From the NCBI GenBank assembly GCA_963842085.1, contig CAWJET010000001.1:1504001-1568000 (forward strand): a stretch of DNA of 64,000 nt, given 5' to 3'. The stretch comes from an uncultured delta proteobacterium. Lineage in GTDB: Bacteria; Desulfobacterota; Binatia; Binatales; Binataceae. Positions 9,935-20,497 of the stretch are shown piece after piece (within the stretch, counting starts at the first letter, position 1; every line of letters begins with the position of its first letter). The notes under the pieces are model-generated. The model was not told the origin of the DNA and did no database searches. It saw only the letters and a program-made list of their open reading frames with translations. Position numbers and translations under genes: made by a program.

Positions 9935-10615
9935 ATGCCGACCAACAGAGTCCCATACGCGCGCAAGGCGCGAACGCATCTTAGCAAGGCCGACCCGGTC
10001 CTCGCACGGATTATTGCCGAGGTCGGTCCGCTTGGAATCCAGCCGCGGCGCGAGCGCTTCCAGGCCCTTGCGCGCGCGATAATTTTCCAGCAGCTCGCGG
10101 GCGCCGCCGCCAACGCCATCTACGGCCGCTTCGTCGCGCTGTTCCCGGGCGTGGAATTCCCTTCGCCGGCACAAGTGCTCGCCAGGACCGACGCCGAACT
10201 GCGCGCCGTGGGCCTCTCGGAAAAGAAGGCGCTCTACATAAAGGACCTCGCCGCGCACATCCGGGACGGCAAGCTCGACTTCCATCGGTTCCATCGAATG
10301 ACTGACGACGAGATCGTCGACCACCTCACGCAGGTCAAGGGCATCGGCAAGTGGACCGCCGAAATATTTCTGATGTTCAACCTGGGCCGGCCCGATGTGA
10401 TGCCGGCCGACGACCTCGGCGTCCAAAACGCAGTCAAGCGACACTACCGGATGCGCCAACGGCCCAATCGCAAGCGCCTGCTCAAGCACGCCGAGCGCTG
10501 GCGTCCGTACCGAACCGCAGCAGCGTGGTATCTCTGGCGCAGCCTCGACATCGTGCTACCCGACGGCGGGACAAAACCGCGCGCGAAGAAGCTCCCCAAA
10601 CTCAAGAAGAGATGA
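9935..10615 (+). CDS. DNA-3-methyladenine glycosylase II (AlkA family, HhH-GPD)
   Basis: IIFQQLAGAAANAI, VKGIGKWTAE HhH motif, PADDLGV, WRPYRTAAAWYLW. Confidence 0.93.
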   Translation: MPTNRVPYARKARTHLSKADPVLARIIAEVGPLGIQPRRERFQALARAIIFQQLAGAAANAIYGRFVALFPGVEFPSPAQVLARTDAELRAVGLSEKKALYIKDLAAHIRDGKLDFHRFHRMTDDEIVDHLTQVKGIGKWTAEIFLMFNLGRPDVMPADDLGVQNAVKRHYRMRQRPNRKRLLKHAERWRPYRTAAAWYLWRSLDIVLPDGGTKPRAKKLPKLKKR

Positions 10616-10639
10616 GATTCATCCCCGGGGTTTGTACCG

Positions 10640-11056
10640 TCACTTGTTGGGTAGCTTCGAGGATTTGGGCAGGGCTGGGTTCATGTAGTCCCATGGTTGG
10701 GCACTCGCAGTGTAGATCTCCTGACTGGGACGAAAGGTGCTGGGATCGTCCAGGCTGCCGGCTCGAATCGTCACGATGTCAGGGCTGATGCCGGGTAGGC
10801 CGAAGAGAGTCGATCCGCACTGGGCGCAGAAGGCTCGCCGGGTCGTATGCCCACTGTCAGCCGTGAGTTCGAAGTACTTGGGGCTCCCTTGGATTACCCT
10901 GAAGGTTGCACTGCGAACCGCAAGTACTGGCGCATAGGCGCTTCCGGTCTCACGTTGACAATCGCGACAGTGACAATTCATGGAGAAGAGTGGTTCTCCT
11001 TCAGCTCTGTAACGAACGGCGCCACAGGCGCAACCGCCAAAAAATTCACCGCGCAT
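10640..11056 (-). CDS. GFA (glutathione-dependent formaldehyde-activating) family Zn protein
   Basis: GGCACGAVRY, CHCRDCQ, FCAQCGS. Confidence 0.92.
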   Translation of the reverse strand: MRGEFFGGCACGAVRYRAEGEPLFSMNCHCRDCQRETGSAYAPVLAVRSATFRVIQGSPKYFELTADSGHTTRRAFCAQCGSTLFGLPGISPDIVTIRAGSLDDPSTFRPSQEIYTASAQPWDYMNPALPKSSKLPNK

Positions 11057-11100
11057 CTCGATCCTCCTCTACCGGTTTCATCGATGTTGGGCGTCCCAGC

Positions 11101-11808
11101 TTACTCCGCGAGCATTGGATTTGGTTTCGAGAAGCCGAGGTTCGTCAGGGACGCGTCCAAAGCTCTGATGTCGTCAGACGGAGTCGGTGCGCGCTCCGCT
11201 AGAGCTTCCAGGCGCCGGCGCATTTCCTTGAGTTCCTTGTAGAGACTGCCGGACAGGCGCGCGATTACGATGAAACAGATCCACGGAACCGCTACCAGCG
11301 CCACAATCGTGATCGCGATCATGACGCGGGCCTGCGATTCGGCGCTGTTCGCGACCGCGATCAGCGCCGCGTCGTCGAGGCTCATCAGATCCGCCACCGT
11401 GCCTTCAAGATCACGCAGCCGCGGCTCGAGGCTGTCATCTCCCGGCGTCGCCGTGCGTAGCGCGTCGAACAGCGGGCGCGCGTCGTTGGCGATTTTCTCG
11501 ATGCGCTCGGCCTGCTCGCGGCTTCCGATGTGCGCTCGCGCGACCTCGATTTCAGAAATAAATCCGCGCTGCTGATCCATCACGATTTGCGACGCGTCGG
11601 GCTGCGTGCGTCCCCAGTCCATCTTGTAGAGCGCGTTCTCCATCCCCTGAGCCGCACGCGCCGCCGTATACTCGTTCTCGTAGATTTCCTGCGGCGCCGT
11701 GCCGAACATGCGAAACGCGCCTGCGATCACCGCGGCTGCGAGCAACAGAATCGCCGGCGCGATTGCGGCCACAAACCGGAGCTTGGTGACAATAGTCAGG
11801 TTATTCAT
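11101..11808 (-). CDS. Two-TM membrane protein with a four-helix-bundle-like extracytoplasmic region and no output domain
   Basis: TM near the N-terminus, helical region EIYENEYTAARAAQGMENAL, second TM, short coiled tail. Confidence 0.6.
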   Translation of the reverse strand: MNNLTIVTKLRFVAAIAPAILLLAAAVIAGAFRMFGTAPQEIYENEYTAARAAQGMENALYKMDWGRTQPDASQIVMDQQRGFISEIEVARAHIGSREQAERIEKIANDARPLFDALRTATPGDDSLEPRLRDLEGTVADLMSLDDAALIAVANSAESQARVMIAITIVALVAVPWICFIVIARLSGSLYKELKEMRRRLEALAERAPTPSDDIRALDASLTNLGFSKPNPMLAE

Positions 11809-11909
11809 GCCGTTTTTTTCCCGTCGTTGTCTCAAAGGATGCCCGCGACGGATGCGAAAACGCAACGCCCGATGTGACCGGCCGGCCGCGCTATGCAATA
11901 ATGCCCGCG

Positions 11910-12794
11910 ATGAACTTTGCCGATCGCCTTGCACATGCGTCGCGTTCCAAGGACAGCGTCGTCGTGCTCGGTATCGATCCCCAGCTCGACGCGCCGGGCG
12001 CTCCGGGAATCCCACCCGGCTACACCTTGGCGCGCTTCTGTTGCGAAATCGTCGAGTCGTGTGCGCGTTCCGCGATCGCGGTCAAGCCGCAGCTTGCGTT
12101 TTACGAAGCGCGCGGGCTGGAGGGGATGCGCTCGTTTTGCGAGGTCGTCAAGCTCGCTCGAAAACTCGGCTTGATCACGATCGCGGATGCCAAGCGCGGC
12201 GATATCGGCACGACGTCGGCCGCCTACGCGGAGGCCTTTCTCGGCGATGGCGACTTCGCCTGCGACGCCGTGACCGTCAACCCGTACCAGGGCAGCGACG
12301 CGCTGATGCCGTTTATCGCGAAGGTGAAAAACGGCCGCGGCGTATTTGTGCTCGTGAAGACCTCGAATCCGTCGTCAGGAGAATTTCAGGATCGCAACGC
12401 ACCCAACCGCCCGATATGGGAGTCGGTGGCGGAGCGCGTCAACGGATGGGGCGGCGATTTCGTAGGTGCGAGCGGACTCAGCCCCGTCGGCGCGGTGGTC
12501 GGCGCGACCTATCCCGTGCAGGCGCGGCGGGCGCGCGAGTTGATGCCGGCGGCAACGATCCTCGTGCCGGGTTATGGCGCGCAAGGAGGATCGGCGGCGG
12601 ACGCGATCGCGTCGGCGCGCGCGGACGGCACCGGATTCATCGTCAATGCGAGCCGCAGCCTGATGTACGCATATCGCAAAAAGGACGGCGCCAAGCCCGT
12701 CGAAGCCGCCGCCGAATACGCTGAAGCGATGCGCCTGGAATTGAACGCCGCCCTCGCAGCGCGCCGCACGGATGCGGTGGCGCGCACCGCGTAA
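11910..12794 (+). CDS. pyrF: Orotidine-5'-phosphate decarboxylase
   Basis: AVKPQLAFYE, DAKRGDIGTT (DxKxxD), LVKTSNP, LVPGYGAQGG, VNASRS. Confidence 0.95.
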   Translation: MNFADRLAHASRSKDSVVVLGIDPQLDAPGAPGIPPGYTLARFCCEIVESCARSAIAVKPQLAFYEARGLEGMRSFCEVVKLARKLGLITIADAKRGDIGTTSAAYAEAFLGDGDFACDAVTVNPYQGSDALMPFIAKVKNGRGVFVLVKTSNPSSGEFQDRNAPNRPIWESVAERVNGWGGDFVGASGLSPVGAVVGATYPVQARRARELMPAATILVPGYGAQGGSAADAIASARADGTGFIVNASRSLMYAYRKKDGAKPVEAAAEYAEAMRLELNAALAARRTDAVARTA

Positions 12795-12849
12795 TCTCGC
12801 TCGGCAATGATTAGTGTTAAGTACCCGCTTAGCCGGGCCCGACCCGCGA

Positions 12850-13410
12850 CTACGCGCGCATCAGTTCGGCTTCGTCGGCGGCGATGGTGGCGTAAACCTC
12901 GCGATCGATCTTGCGGTAGCGCTCGAGCGACTTCTCGGCCTGCTCTTCGTGGCCCTGCGCTTTGGCGATTTCGTGCATCTCTTTCTCGATCCACGACAGA
13001 TGCCACGATTCGTCCTTGGTGACGGCCTTCAGGACTTCCATCGTTTCCGGATCGACGTTGGGCAGCGCCATGTGCGCGTTGTAGCGGCTCTGGGCGCGCT
13101 CCTCGACCACGACCGTCAATGCGAGCAGGTCGATGATGGTTTTCGGCACTCCGGTGCGCAGTCCGAGCCGTCGCTGGTAGCCGTCGTCGATCAGGATCGG
13201 AGCGCCGCCGAGGTCCGAGATTCGCTTGGTCCAGAGGAAGGCGTGGCGGGTTTCGTCCGCCAGATGAGCCGTCATCTTGAGCTGCGCCTCGCCGTCCTTC
13301 ATATGGCCCAGCAAATTGAACAGCAGCCGCGCGCCTCTCAGTTCGGCGTCGCGATAGAAGCTGAAGACGAGAATCTGCTTCTGCGCCGCGGACATTCCGG
13401 TGAAATTCAT
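12850..13410 (-). CDS. Ferritin-like di-iron domain protein
   Basis: E...DETRH and EERA...DESWH di-iron carboxylate motifs. Confidence 0.8.
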   Translation of the reverse strand: MNFTGMSAAQKQILVFSFYRDAELRGARLLFNLLGHMKDGEAQLKMTAHLADETRHAFLWTKRISDLGGAPILIDDGYQRRLGLRTGVPKTIIDLLALTVVVEERAQSRYNAHMALPNVDPETMEVLKAVTKDESWHLSWIEKEMHEIAKAQGHEEQAEKSLERYRKIDREVYATIAADEAELMRA

Positions 13411-13675
13411 CGTTCCCAGTGATGAGCTCAATACCAATCCTCCGTCAGACGTCAAGAGACGACGGTTAATGGCTAATATTAGCAGAGAAGACGGTTGCGC
13501 GTAACTTATGCGATCCCCCACGCATGGTCAAGAAAACTCGCGCCCGCGGACCCTCCCGAGAATACGATGAGGTTGCGAATCTTCGGCGTTGAGAACAACT
13601 TAGTTATATCACGGCGCCGGCGATTGCCGGAGTGACCGAAGGGAATCTTCGGCGATTTGTCGCGGGTGGTGCGCG

Positions 13676-14866
13676 ATGCCCTCACCAGACGTTTATTGGC
13701 TCGCATTGAGACGTGCGCGCGGAGTCGGTCCGCGAACCTGCAAACTGCTGATCGAGAAGTTCGGCGCGCCCGAAAAAATATTCCAGCTTGGTGCCGACGA
13801 GATCGCTGCCGCCGGCGTGCCGCGCAATACCGCGCGCAGCATCGCGGAGTTTCGCGACTTCGAACCGCTCGAGAAAGAACTGTGCGAGCTGCCCAACATC
13901 GGCGCGCGCCTGGTCAAATGGACTGACGCCGACTACCCGCCAAATCTGCGCCAAATCGCCGACCCGCCGCCGTACCTGTTCGTGCGCGGCACCGCCACAT
14001 TGACCGATACCACCTGTATCGCGATCGTCGGCGCCCGCGCGGCCAGCGACATCGGGCGGCGGATGGCGCAACGCCTCGGCCTCGAGCTCGCCGCCAAGGG
14101 CTTCACCGTCGTGAGCGGGCTAGCGCGGGGAATCGACGGCGATGCGCATCGGGGAGCGCTCGATGCGCACGGCAAAACGATCGCGGTCCTAGGATGCGGC
14201 GTCGACGTCATCTACCCCGCCGAGCATCGCAAGTTGGCCGAAGAGATTATCGCAAGCGGCGGCGCGCTCATCAGCGAGCTGCCGATTGGAATGCAGCCGC
14301 TGGCCGAGAACTTCCCGACTCGCAATCGCATCCTCTCGGGTTTGTGCCTTGGCGTCGTGATCGTCGAGGCGGCCGAGAAGAGCGGCTCGCTGATTACGGC
14401 GCGGATGGCGCTCGAGCAGGATCGCCAGGTGTTCGCCGTCCCCGGCAGCCCGCTCAGCGGCAAGACGCGTGGCAGCAATCGCCTGCTGAAGGACGGTGCG
14501 AAGCTGGTCGAATGCGTCGAGGACGTGATCGAGGAGCTCGCGCCTCAGATGGCCGGACCGCGGGTTGCGCCCAGCCGGCCAGAAGCTCCTGCGGAGCCGG
14601 TGATGGTCTGGGTCACGTCTAATGCGAGTGCGGAACCTGAGACCCCACCGTCCCCCGAGTCGGTGAAGGGCGCCAAGACCATCGAAGCAGTGACAGATAG
14701 CGCTACAACCATCTTAAATAATCTAAAAGACTCTGATAGACTCCATGTTGACTCCATAATCGAGTCCTCCGGGCTCAATGCTCAAACAGTGCTTAGGTTA
14801 CTTCTGGAACTGGAACTTGAGGGTCGCGTCACCCAGCACCCGGGCAAGCTTTTCTCGCTTGCATAA
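13676..14866 (+). CDS. dprA: DNA-processing protein DprA
   Basis: AIVGAR, VVSGLARGID, FPTRNRILSG, EAAEKSGSLITA, C-terminal LLELELEG. Confidence 0.97.
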   Translation: MPSPDVYWLALRRARGVGPRTCKLLIEKFGAPEKIFQLGADEIAAAGVPRNTARSIAEFRDFEPLEKELCELPNIGARLVKWTDADYPPNLRQIADPPPYLFVRGTATLTDTTCIAIVGARAASDIGRRMAQRLGLELAAKGFTVVSGLARGIDGDAHRGALDAHGKTIAVLGCGVDVIYPAEHRKLAEEIIASGGALISELPIGMQPLAENFPTRNRILSGLCLGVVIVEAAEKSGSLITARMALEQDRQVFAVPGSPLSGKTRGSNRLLKDGAKLVECVEDVIEELAPQMAGPRVAPSRPEAPAEPVMVWVTSNASAEPETPPSPESVKGAKTIEAVTDSATTILNNLKDSDRLHVDSIIESSGLNAQTVLRLLLELELEGRVTQHPGKLFSLA

Positions 14867-14956
14867 CTCTGGCAGGGTGTATGCCTTGCAGGATCCGGTT
14901 GCACCTCGCATGAAACCTGCATTGCTGGGAAGGGGCGCGCTGGAGGCGTGTAGTCA

Positions 14957-17278
14957 GTGGCAAAAAATCTCGTGATTGTCGAATCGCCGGCAAAGGCGAA
15001 AACGATCAAGCGTTACCTCGGCGGCGATTACCAGGTCATGCCCTCGGTCGGGCACGTGGTGGACCTTCCCAAGAGCAAGCTGGGTGTCGATATAGAGCAC
15101 GATTTCACCCCGGATTTCGTCGTAATCAAGGGCAAAGAGAAGATCATCGGCGAGATCAAGAACGCCGCCAAGGGTAAGGATAACATCTTCCTGGCCAGCG
15201 ACCCCGACCGTGAAGGCGAGGCTATCGCGTGGCATATCGCCGACCATCTCGGCAAGACCAAGTCCAAGGTCAGCCGCGTGCTGCTGCATGAAATCACTGC
15301 GGCCGCCGTCAAGGAGGCGGTCGCCAATCCCTCGAAGCTCGATCACCACCTGTTCGACGCCTACCAGGCGCGCCGGGTGCTCGACCGGTTGGTTGGGTAC
15401 AAGCTCAGCCCGTTGCTGTGGGACAAGGTCAAGCGCGGGATCAGCGCGGGGCGCGTGCAGTCGGTCGCGCTCAGGATAATCGTCGACCGCGAGCGCGAGC
15501 GCGAGGCATTCCGCGCCGAAGAATACTGGACGCTCGACGCCCGCCTTTCGGGCAAAAATCCGCCGCCCTTCAAGGCGCGGCTCTACAGCTACAAAGACGA
15601 CCGCATCGACAACAAAGCGTACAAACTGCCTGAGGCGCGCGCGCGTGAGATCATCGCGGCCGTCGAGGCGGCGCCGTTCAAAGTCAAAAGCATCGAGCGC
15701 AAGGAAGTCCGCCGCAGTCCGACGCCCCCGTTCATCACTTCGCGCCTCCAGCAGGAGGCCTCGCGCAAGCTGTACTTCCAGCCGCGGCGCACGATGCAAA
15801 TAGCGCAGAAGCTGTACGAGGGCGTCGAGCTTGGCGAACAGGGCGCCGTCGGACTCATCACTTATATGCGCACCGACTCGCCGCACGTTTCGGACCAGGC
15901 GCTCGAGTCCGTCCGCAACCATATCGGCGCGCGCTACGGCAAGGAGTACATTCCCGACCAGCCGAACTTCTACAAATCCGGCAAGCAGGCGCAGGGCGCG
16001 CACGAGGCGATTCGCCCGACCGCCGTCGAGCGCGACCCCGAGTCGCTCGCGCGCTACCTCGACAAGGATGCGCTCGCGCTCTACACGCTGATTTACAATC
16101 GCTTCGTTTCGAGCCAGATGACACCGGCGGTGTACGACCGCACGACCGTGGACATCGAATCGGCCGACGCGATTTTCCGCGCGACCGGACAAGTGATGAA
16201 GTTCGACGGCTTCATGCGCGTGTATATCGAAGGCCAGGACGAACCCGGCGAAGACGAAGAAGGCACGCTGCCGCTCCTCACCGAAGGCGAGGTGCTCAAA
16301 CTGCTGGGCCTCGAGCCGGAGCAGCATTTCACACAGCCGCCCCCACGCTACACGCAGGCCACGCTCATCAAGGTGCTCGAAGAGCAGGGAATAGGCCGGC
16401 CCTCGACCTACGCCGCAATCATGACGAGCATCCTGAAGGTCGAGTACGTCGAAGAGGACGAGAGCAAGCGGATGCGTCCGACGTCGCTCGGACGGGTCGT
16501 CAACGACATGCTCGTCAAGGCGTTTCCCGACATCCTGGAATCCAGCTTCACCGCCCAGTTCGAAGAAGACCTCGACAAAGTCGCGGAGGGCACCGAGAAC
16601 TGGGTCAAGACGATGAAGCGCTTTTACGGCCCGTTCGCGAAGGACCTGGCCGACGCCAAGAAGAAAATGCCCGAGGTCAAGCGCAAGGGCCTGCCCACCG
16701 GGCTCAAGTGCGAGCTCGACGGCGGCGAAATGGTGATCAAGTGGGGGCGCAACGGCGAATTCCTCGCTTGCTCGAACTACCCCAAATGCACCAATACCGG
16801 CGAACTCGCGCGCGACGAGCAGGGGATTATCACCCTCAAGGCGCCGTCGGCGCCCGTGCCCACCGACGAAGTCTGCGAGAAATGCGGCAAGCCGATGGTC
16901 AAGCGCCGCTCGCGCTTCGGCGAATTCCTTGGATGCTCCGGGTATCCGGACTGCGACGGAATCAAGCGCCTCCAATCCGAACCGGTCAAGACCGGAGTGG
17001 CGTGCCCGGAATGCAAAGAGGGCGAAATCCTCGAACGTCGCAGCCGCCGCGGAAAAATCTTCTACGGATGCGGCCGCTATCCGAAATGCAAGTTCGCGGC
17101 GTGGAACAAGGTCGTCCCGCATCCATGCCCGTCCTGCGGCGCGAGCTACATGGTCGAGAAAGACTTGAAGCGCACCGGCATCACCTGGCAATGCGCCAAC
17201 AAGGAATGCGGCTACAAGGCTCCCGCGCCCATCGCAGCGCAGCCCGAGCCGGCGCCGGCCTCGACACCGCCTGCGTAG
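14957..17278 (+). CDS. topA: DNA topoisomerase I
   Basis: LVIVESPAKAKTI, ASDPDREGEAI, SAGRVQS, ITYMRTDS, AHEAIRPT, C-terminal Zn ribbons. Confidence 0.98.
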   Translation: MAKNLVIVESPAKAKTIKRYLGGDYQVMPSVGHVVDLPKSKLGVDIEHDFTPDFVVIKGKEKIIGEIKNAAKGKDNIFLASDPDREGEAIAWHIADHLGKTKSKVSRVLLHEITAAAVKEAVANPSKLDHHLFDAYQARRVLDRLVGYKLSPLLWDKVKRGISAGRVQSVALRIIVDREREREAFRAEEYWTLDARLSGKNPPPFKARLYSYKDDRIDNKAYKLPEARAREIIAAVEAAPFKVKSIERKEVRRSPTPPFITSRLQQEASRKLYFQPRRTMQIAQKLYEGVELGEQGAVGLITYMRTDSPHVSDQALESVRNHIGARYGKEYIPDQPNFYKSGKQAQGAHEAIRPTAVERDPESLARYLDKDALALYTLIYNRFVSSQMTPAVYDRTTVDIESADAIFRATGQVMKFDGFMRVYIEGQDEPGEDEEGTLPLLTEGEVLKLLGLEPEQHFTQPPPRYTQATLIKVLEEQGIGRPSTYAAIMTSILKVEYVEEDESKRMRPTSLGRVVNDMLVKAFPDILESSFTAQFEEDLDKVAEGTENWVKTMKRFYGPFAKDLADAKKKMPEVKRKGLPTGLKCELDGGEMVIKWGRNGEFLACSNYPKCTNTGELARDEQGIITLKAPSAPVPTDEVCEKCGKPMVKRRSRFGEFLGCSGYPDCDGIKRLQSEPVKTGVACPECKEGEILERRSRRGKIFYGCGRYPKCKFAAWNKVVPHPCPSCGASYMVEKDLKRTGITWQCANKECGYKAPAPIAAQPEPAPASTPPA

Positions 17279-17312
17279 CGCCTCCATTCCCTCGCGCGCT
17301 GCCCGGCGCGAA

Positions 17313-18569
17313 TCAAGACGCCCGCATCTTAGCCGACATCTCTGCGAGCCGCCGCCGCAAAAATCGCCGCTGCGGAGCGCTGCCCACTCGCGCCAGCGCC
17401 GCGCGGTACGACTCGGCCGCCTCGCTCCATCTCCTGAGCCGCCGCAGCAAGTCCGCGCGCGCCGACCACATCAGGTAATATTCGAGAAGTTCGCCGGTGG
17501 CCGCGATCGCATCGATCAATTCGAGACCGGCCGCTGGACCGTCGGCCATCGCGATCGCGACCGCGCGATTCAACTCGATCACCGGCGAGGGGCGGATTGC
17601 GCTGAGGCGTGCGTAGAGATTCGCGATCGCGCGCCAGTCCGTCCTGTCTGCGCGTTCAGCCCGCGAATGAACCGCCGCAATCGCCGATTGAATTGCATAC
17701 GGCCCGTGTGGGTTGGCGCTAATCGCAGCCTCCGAATGAGCCAGCCCTTCGGCGATTTGCGCGCGATCCCATTGCGCACGATCCTGCTCCTCGAGCAACA
17801 CCAGTTCGCCGCCAGCGTCGATTCGCGCGTCCCGCCGCGCGTCATGCAGCAGCATCATCGCCAGCAATCCGCGCGGCTCGGCTTCGGTCGGCATCAGCGC
17901 GACCAGCATCCGGCCCAGCCGAATCGCCTCCGCACAGAGATCGGTTCTCAGCAAGCGCTCGCCGGAGCTCGCCGCGTAACCCTCGTTGAAAACCAGGTAG
18001 ATTACCGCCATCACGGCGTCCAGTCGCTCCGCCAACAACTCCGGCGACGGCACCTCGTAAGGAATCCTCGCTGCGCGGATCTTGCGTTTGGCGCGCACCA
18101 GCCGCTGCGCCATTGTCGCCGGCGCCGTCAGGAACGCGCGCGCGATTTCCTCGGTCGTGAGCCCGCAGAGCGTGCGCAGCGACAGCGCCACGCGCGCATC
18201 GTCGGCCAGCGCCGGATGACAACACGTGAAGATGAGCCGGAGACGCTCGTCGGGCAACGCGCCTGCCCCATCGATCTCTCCGTCGTCGCCGCCGCTCTCT
18301 GCCATACGGATCAATTCCTCGCGGCGGTCGTTGAACCGGCCCTGCCTTCGCAATCGATCGATCGCCTTGTGGCGCGCGACGCCGGTGATCCACGCGCGCG
18401 GATTGTCGGGCAGTCCATCGCGAGGCCATTGCTCGACGGCGCTGGCAAAGGCATCCTGCGCCGCGTCTTCCGCCAGGTCGAAATCGCCACGCACGCGAAT
18501 GAGCGTGGCGAGTATTCGCCCGAACTCCTCGCGATAGAAACGCTCGATGCCGGCGGCGGTGTTGTCCAT
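17313..18569 (-). CDS. ECF sigma factor with C-terminal TPR-like extension (ECF42 group)
   Basis: [54 protein letters not shown]; adjacent to a DGPF/YciI gene. Confidence 0.92.
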   Translation of the reverse strand: MDNTAAGIERFYREEFGRILATLIRVRGDFDLAEDAAQDAFASAVEQWPRDGLPDNPRAWITGVARHKAIDRLRRQGRFNDRREELIRMAESGGDDGEIDGAGALPDERLRLIFTCCHPALADDARVALSLRTLCGLTTEEIARAFLTAPATMAQRLVRAKRKIRAARIPYEVPSPELLAERLDAVMAVIYLVFNEGYAASSGERLLRTDLCAEAIRLGRMLVALMPTEAEPRGLLAMMLLHDARRDARIDAGGELVLLEEQDRAQWDRAQIAEGLAHSEAAISANPHGPYAIQSAIAAVHSRAERADRTDWRAIANLYARLSAIRPSPVIELNRAVAIAMADGPAAGLELIDAIAATGELLEYYLMWSARADLLRRLRRWSEAAESYRAALARVGSAPQRRFLRRRLAEMSAKMRAS

Positions 18570-18644
18570 CGGCAAATCTGCCCCGATGGCAGGCTAGCCG
18601 CCCGCCGCTCTTGCCGCTACCACGAAGCTTCTCGGGCGCGCAGG

Positions 18645-18998
18645 CTACATGTTGATCTTCATCACCGGGCGCACTTCGATCGATCCGTGCTTTGCACCGG
18701 GAATCCGCGCTGCGATCGAAATCGCCTCGTCGAGGTCTTTCGCCTCGACCAGGTAATATCCGCCGAGTTGCTCCTTGGTCTCCGCGAACGGCCCGTCCGT
18801 CACCGCGGTCTTGCCGTTGCGCACGCGAACTGTGGTGGCTGTCGCGCTAGGTTCGAGCGGGGCGCCGCCCTTGTTCTTCCCGCTCTTGGTCAAATCCTGC
18901 GTGAAGGTCATATACTCCTGGAAGAGCTGCTGGCCTTCCGCTTCCGACCGCTTCTTTCCCTCTGCCTCGCTGCCGTAGATCAGAAGCATGTATTCCAT
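18645..18998 (-). CDS. YciI/DGPF family protein
   Basis: VTDGPFAETKEQLGGYY, SIEVRPV. Confidence 0.95.
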   Translation of the reverse strand: MEYMLLIYGSEAEGKKRSEAEGQQLFQEYMTFTQDLTKSGKNKGGAPLEPSATATTVRVRNGKTAVTDGPFAETKEQLGGYYLVEAKDLDEAISIAARIPGAKHGSIEVRPVMKINM

Positions 18999-19038
18999 TG
19001 GTTTCCTCCTTGTTGCCCATTGGGGGGTCTTCGCTAAT

Positions 19039-19067
19039 TAGTCGAACGGCGATACGCAGGATCGACA
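19039..19067 (-). promoter_or_regulatory. Putative ECF42-dependent autoregulatory promoter
   Basis: Minus strand TGTCGAtcctgcgtatcgccgtTCGACTA upstream of yciI matches the described ECF42 -35 TGTCGA / -10 CGA-type consensus. Confidence 0.7.
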
Positions 19068-19124
19068 CCCCGGTTTACACGACCACCGAAAAACGCCACG
19101 ATCACGTTTCGCCGCATCTGCGCC

Positions 19125-20474
19125 ATGAATGAAAGCCAGGTAACCGTTGTCGGAGCGGGACTTGCGGGCAGCGAGGCTGCCTTCCAGCTCGCGCGGAGGG
19201 GTATTGCGGTGCGGCTGGTCGAGATGCGGCCGGCCAAGACGACCGCGGCGCATCGGACGGCGGATTTTGCGGAACTCGTGTGCTCCAATTCGCTGCGCAA
19301 CGATTCGATGGAGACCGCGGTCGGCGTGCTGAAAGAAGAGATGCGCCGGCTTGGCTCGCTCGTGATTGCGGCGGCGGATCGCGCGCGCGTGCCGGCCGGT
19401 TCCGCGCTCGCCGTCGATCGCAACGATTTCTCGCGCGCTATCACCGCGGCGCTCGAGGATCATCCGATGGTGGAGATTGCACGCACTGAGGCGTCGGAGA
19501 TACCGGCCGGGTTGACGATCCTCGCTACCGGTCCTCTCACCAGCCCGGACCTCGGCGACGCGCTGAATCGGCTGATCGGCCCGCGCAACCTGTATTTCTA
19601 CGACGCGATCGCGCCTATCGTCGCCGCCGATTCGATCGACATGAACGTGGCGTTCAAGGCCTCGCGCTATGGCAAAGGCGGCGACGATTACATCAACTGC
19701 CCGATGACCGAGGCTCAGTACGAGGCCTTCGTCGCTGCGGTCGTCGCGGCTGAGAAAATCGAGCTGCACCCATTCGAGAAGCCGGTTTATTTCGAAGGCT
19801 GCATGCCGATAGAGGAGATGGCGCGTCGCGGCCCGATGACGCTCGCATTTGGCCCGATGCGTCCGGTCGGGCTCTCAGAGCCACACAGCGGACGCCGTCC
19901 GTTTGCGGTCGTGCAGCTCAGGCAGGACGACGCCGCTGGCCGACTCTACAACATGGTCGGCTTCCAGACCAAGATGACGTATCCTGAGCAGCGCCGCGTG
20001 CTGCGAATGATCCCCGGACTGGAAAAGGCGCAGTTCGTGCGCCTCGGCTCGCTCCATCGCAACACGTTTGTCGATTCGCCGCGCCTGCTCCGTCCCACGC
20101 TCCAACTCAAGCTGCGCGACGATTTGTTTTTGGCCGGCCAGATGGTCGGAGTGGAAGGCTACGTCGAGTCTGCGGCCGCCGGATTGCTCGCCGGAATCAA
20201 CGCCGCGAACCTGGCGATGAATCGCGAATTGGTCGTTCCGCCGTCCGAGACCGCGCTCGGCTCGATCGTCGCGTACATTACCGATCCCGCGCGGCGCGAC
20301 TTTCAACCGATGAACGCGAACTACGGCCTGATGCCCGAACTGAAGATTCACGCGCGCGGCCGTCACAAGAAGATCGAGAGGGCTGCGCGTGCGCTGGCGG
20401 CGCTCGACGAGTGGATCGAGCGCAATCAAATCGAGCCTCCTCCGGCTATGGCAATGCGCGCAGTTCGGCTATAG
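19125..20474 (+). CDS. trmFO: Folate/FAD-dependent tRNA (uracil-5)-methyltransferase TrmFO
   Basis: GAGLAGSEAA, AELVCSNS, YFYDAIAP, FEGCMPIE, YNMVGFQT, GVEGYVESAA. Confidence 0.97.
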   Translation: MNESQVTVVGAGLAGSEAAFQLARRGIAVRLVEMRPAKTTAAHRTADFAELVCSNSLRNDSMETAVGVLKEEMRRLGSLVIAAADRARVPAGSALAVDRNDFSRAITAALEDHPMVEIARTEASEIPAGLTILATGPLTSPDLGDALNRLIGPRNLYFYDAIAPIVAADSIDMNVAFKASRYGKGGDDYINCPMTEAQYEAFVAAVVAAEKIELHPFEKPVYFEGCMPIEEMARRGPMTLAFGPMRPVGLSEPHSGRRPFAVVQLRQDDAAGRLYNMVGFQTKMTYPEQRRVLRMIPGLEKAQFVRLGSLHRNTFVDSPRLLRPTLQLKLRDDLFLAGQMVGVEGYVESAAAGLLAGINAANLAMNRELVVPPSETALGSIVAYITDPARRDFQPMNANYGLMPELKIHARGRHKKIERAARALAALDEWIERNQIEPPPAMAMRAVRL

Positions 20475-20497
20475 AAAATCGCTGGAGGTCCCCGTCG

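Noticed and set aside
14954-17287. 777-aa minus-strand ORF
   Set aside because: Mirror frame of topA with no motifs
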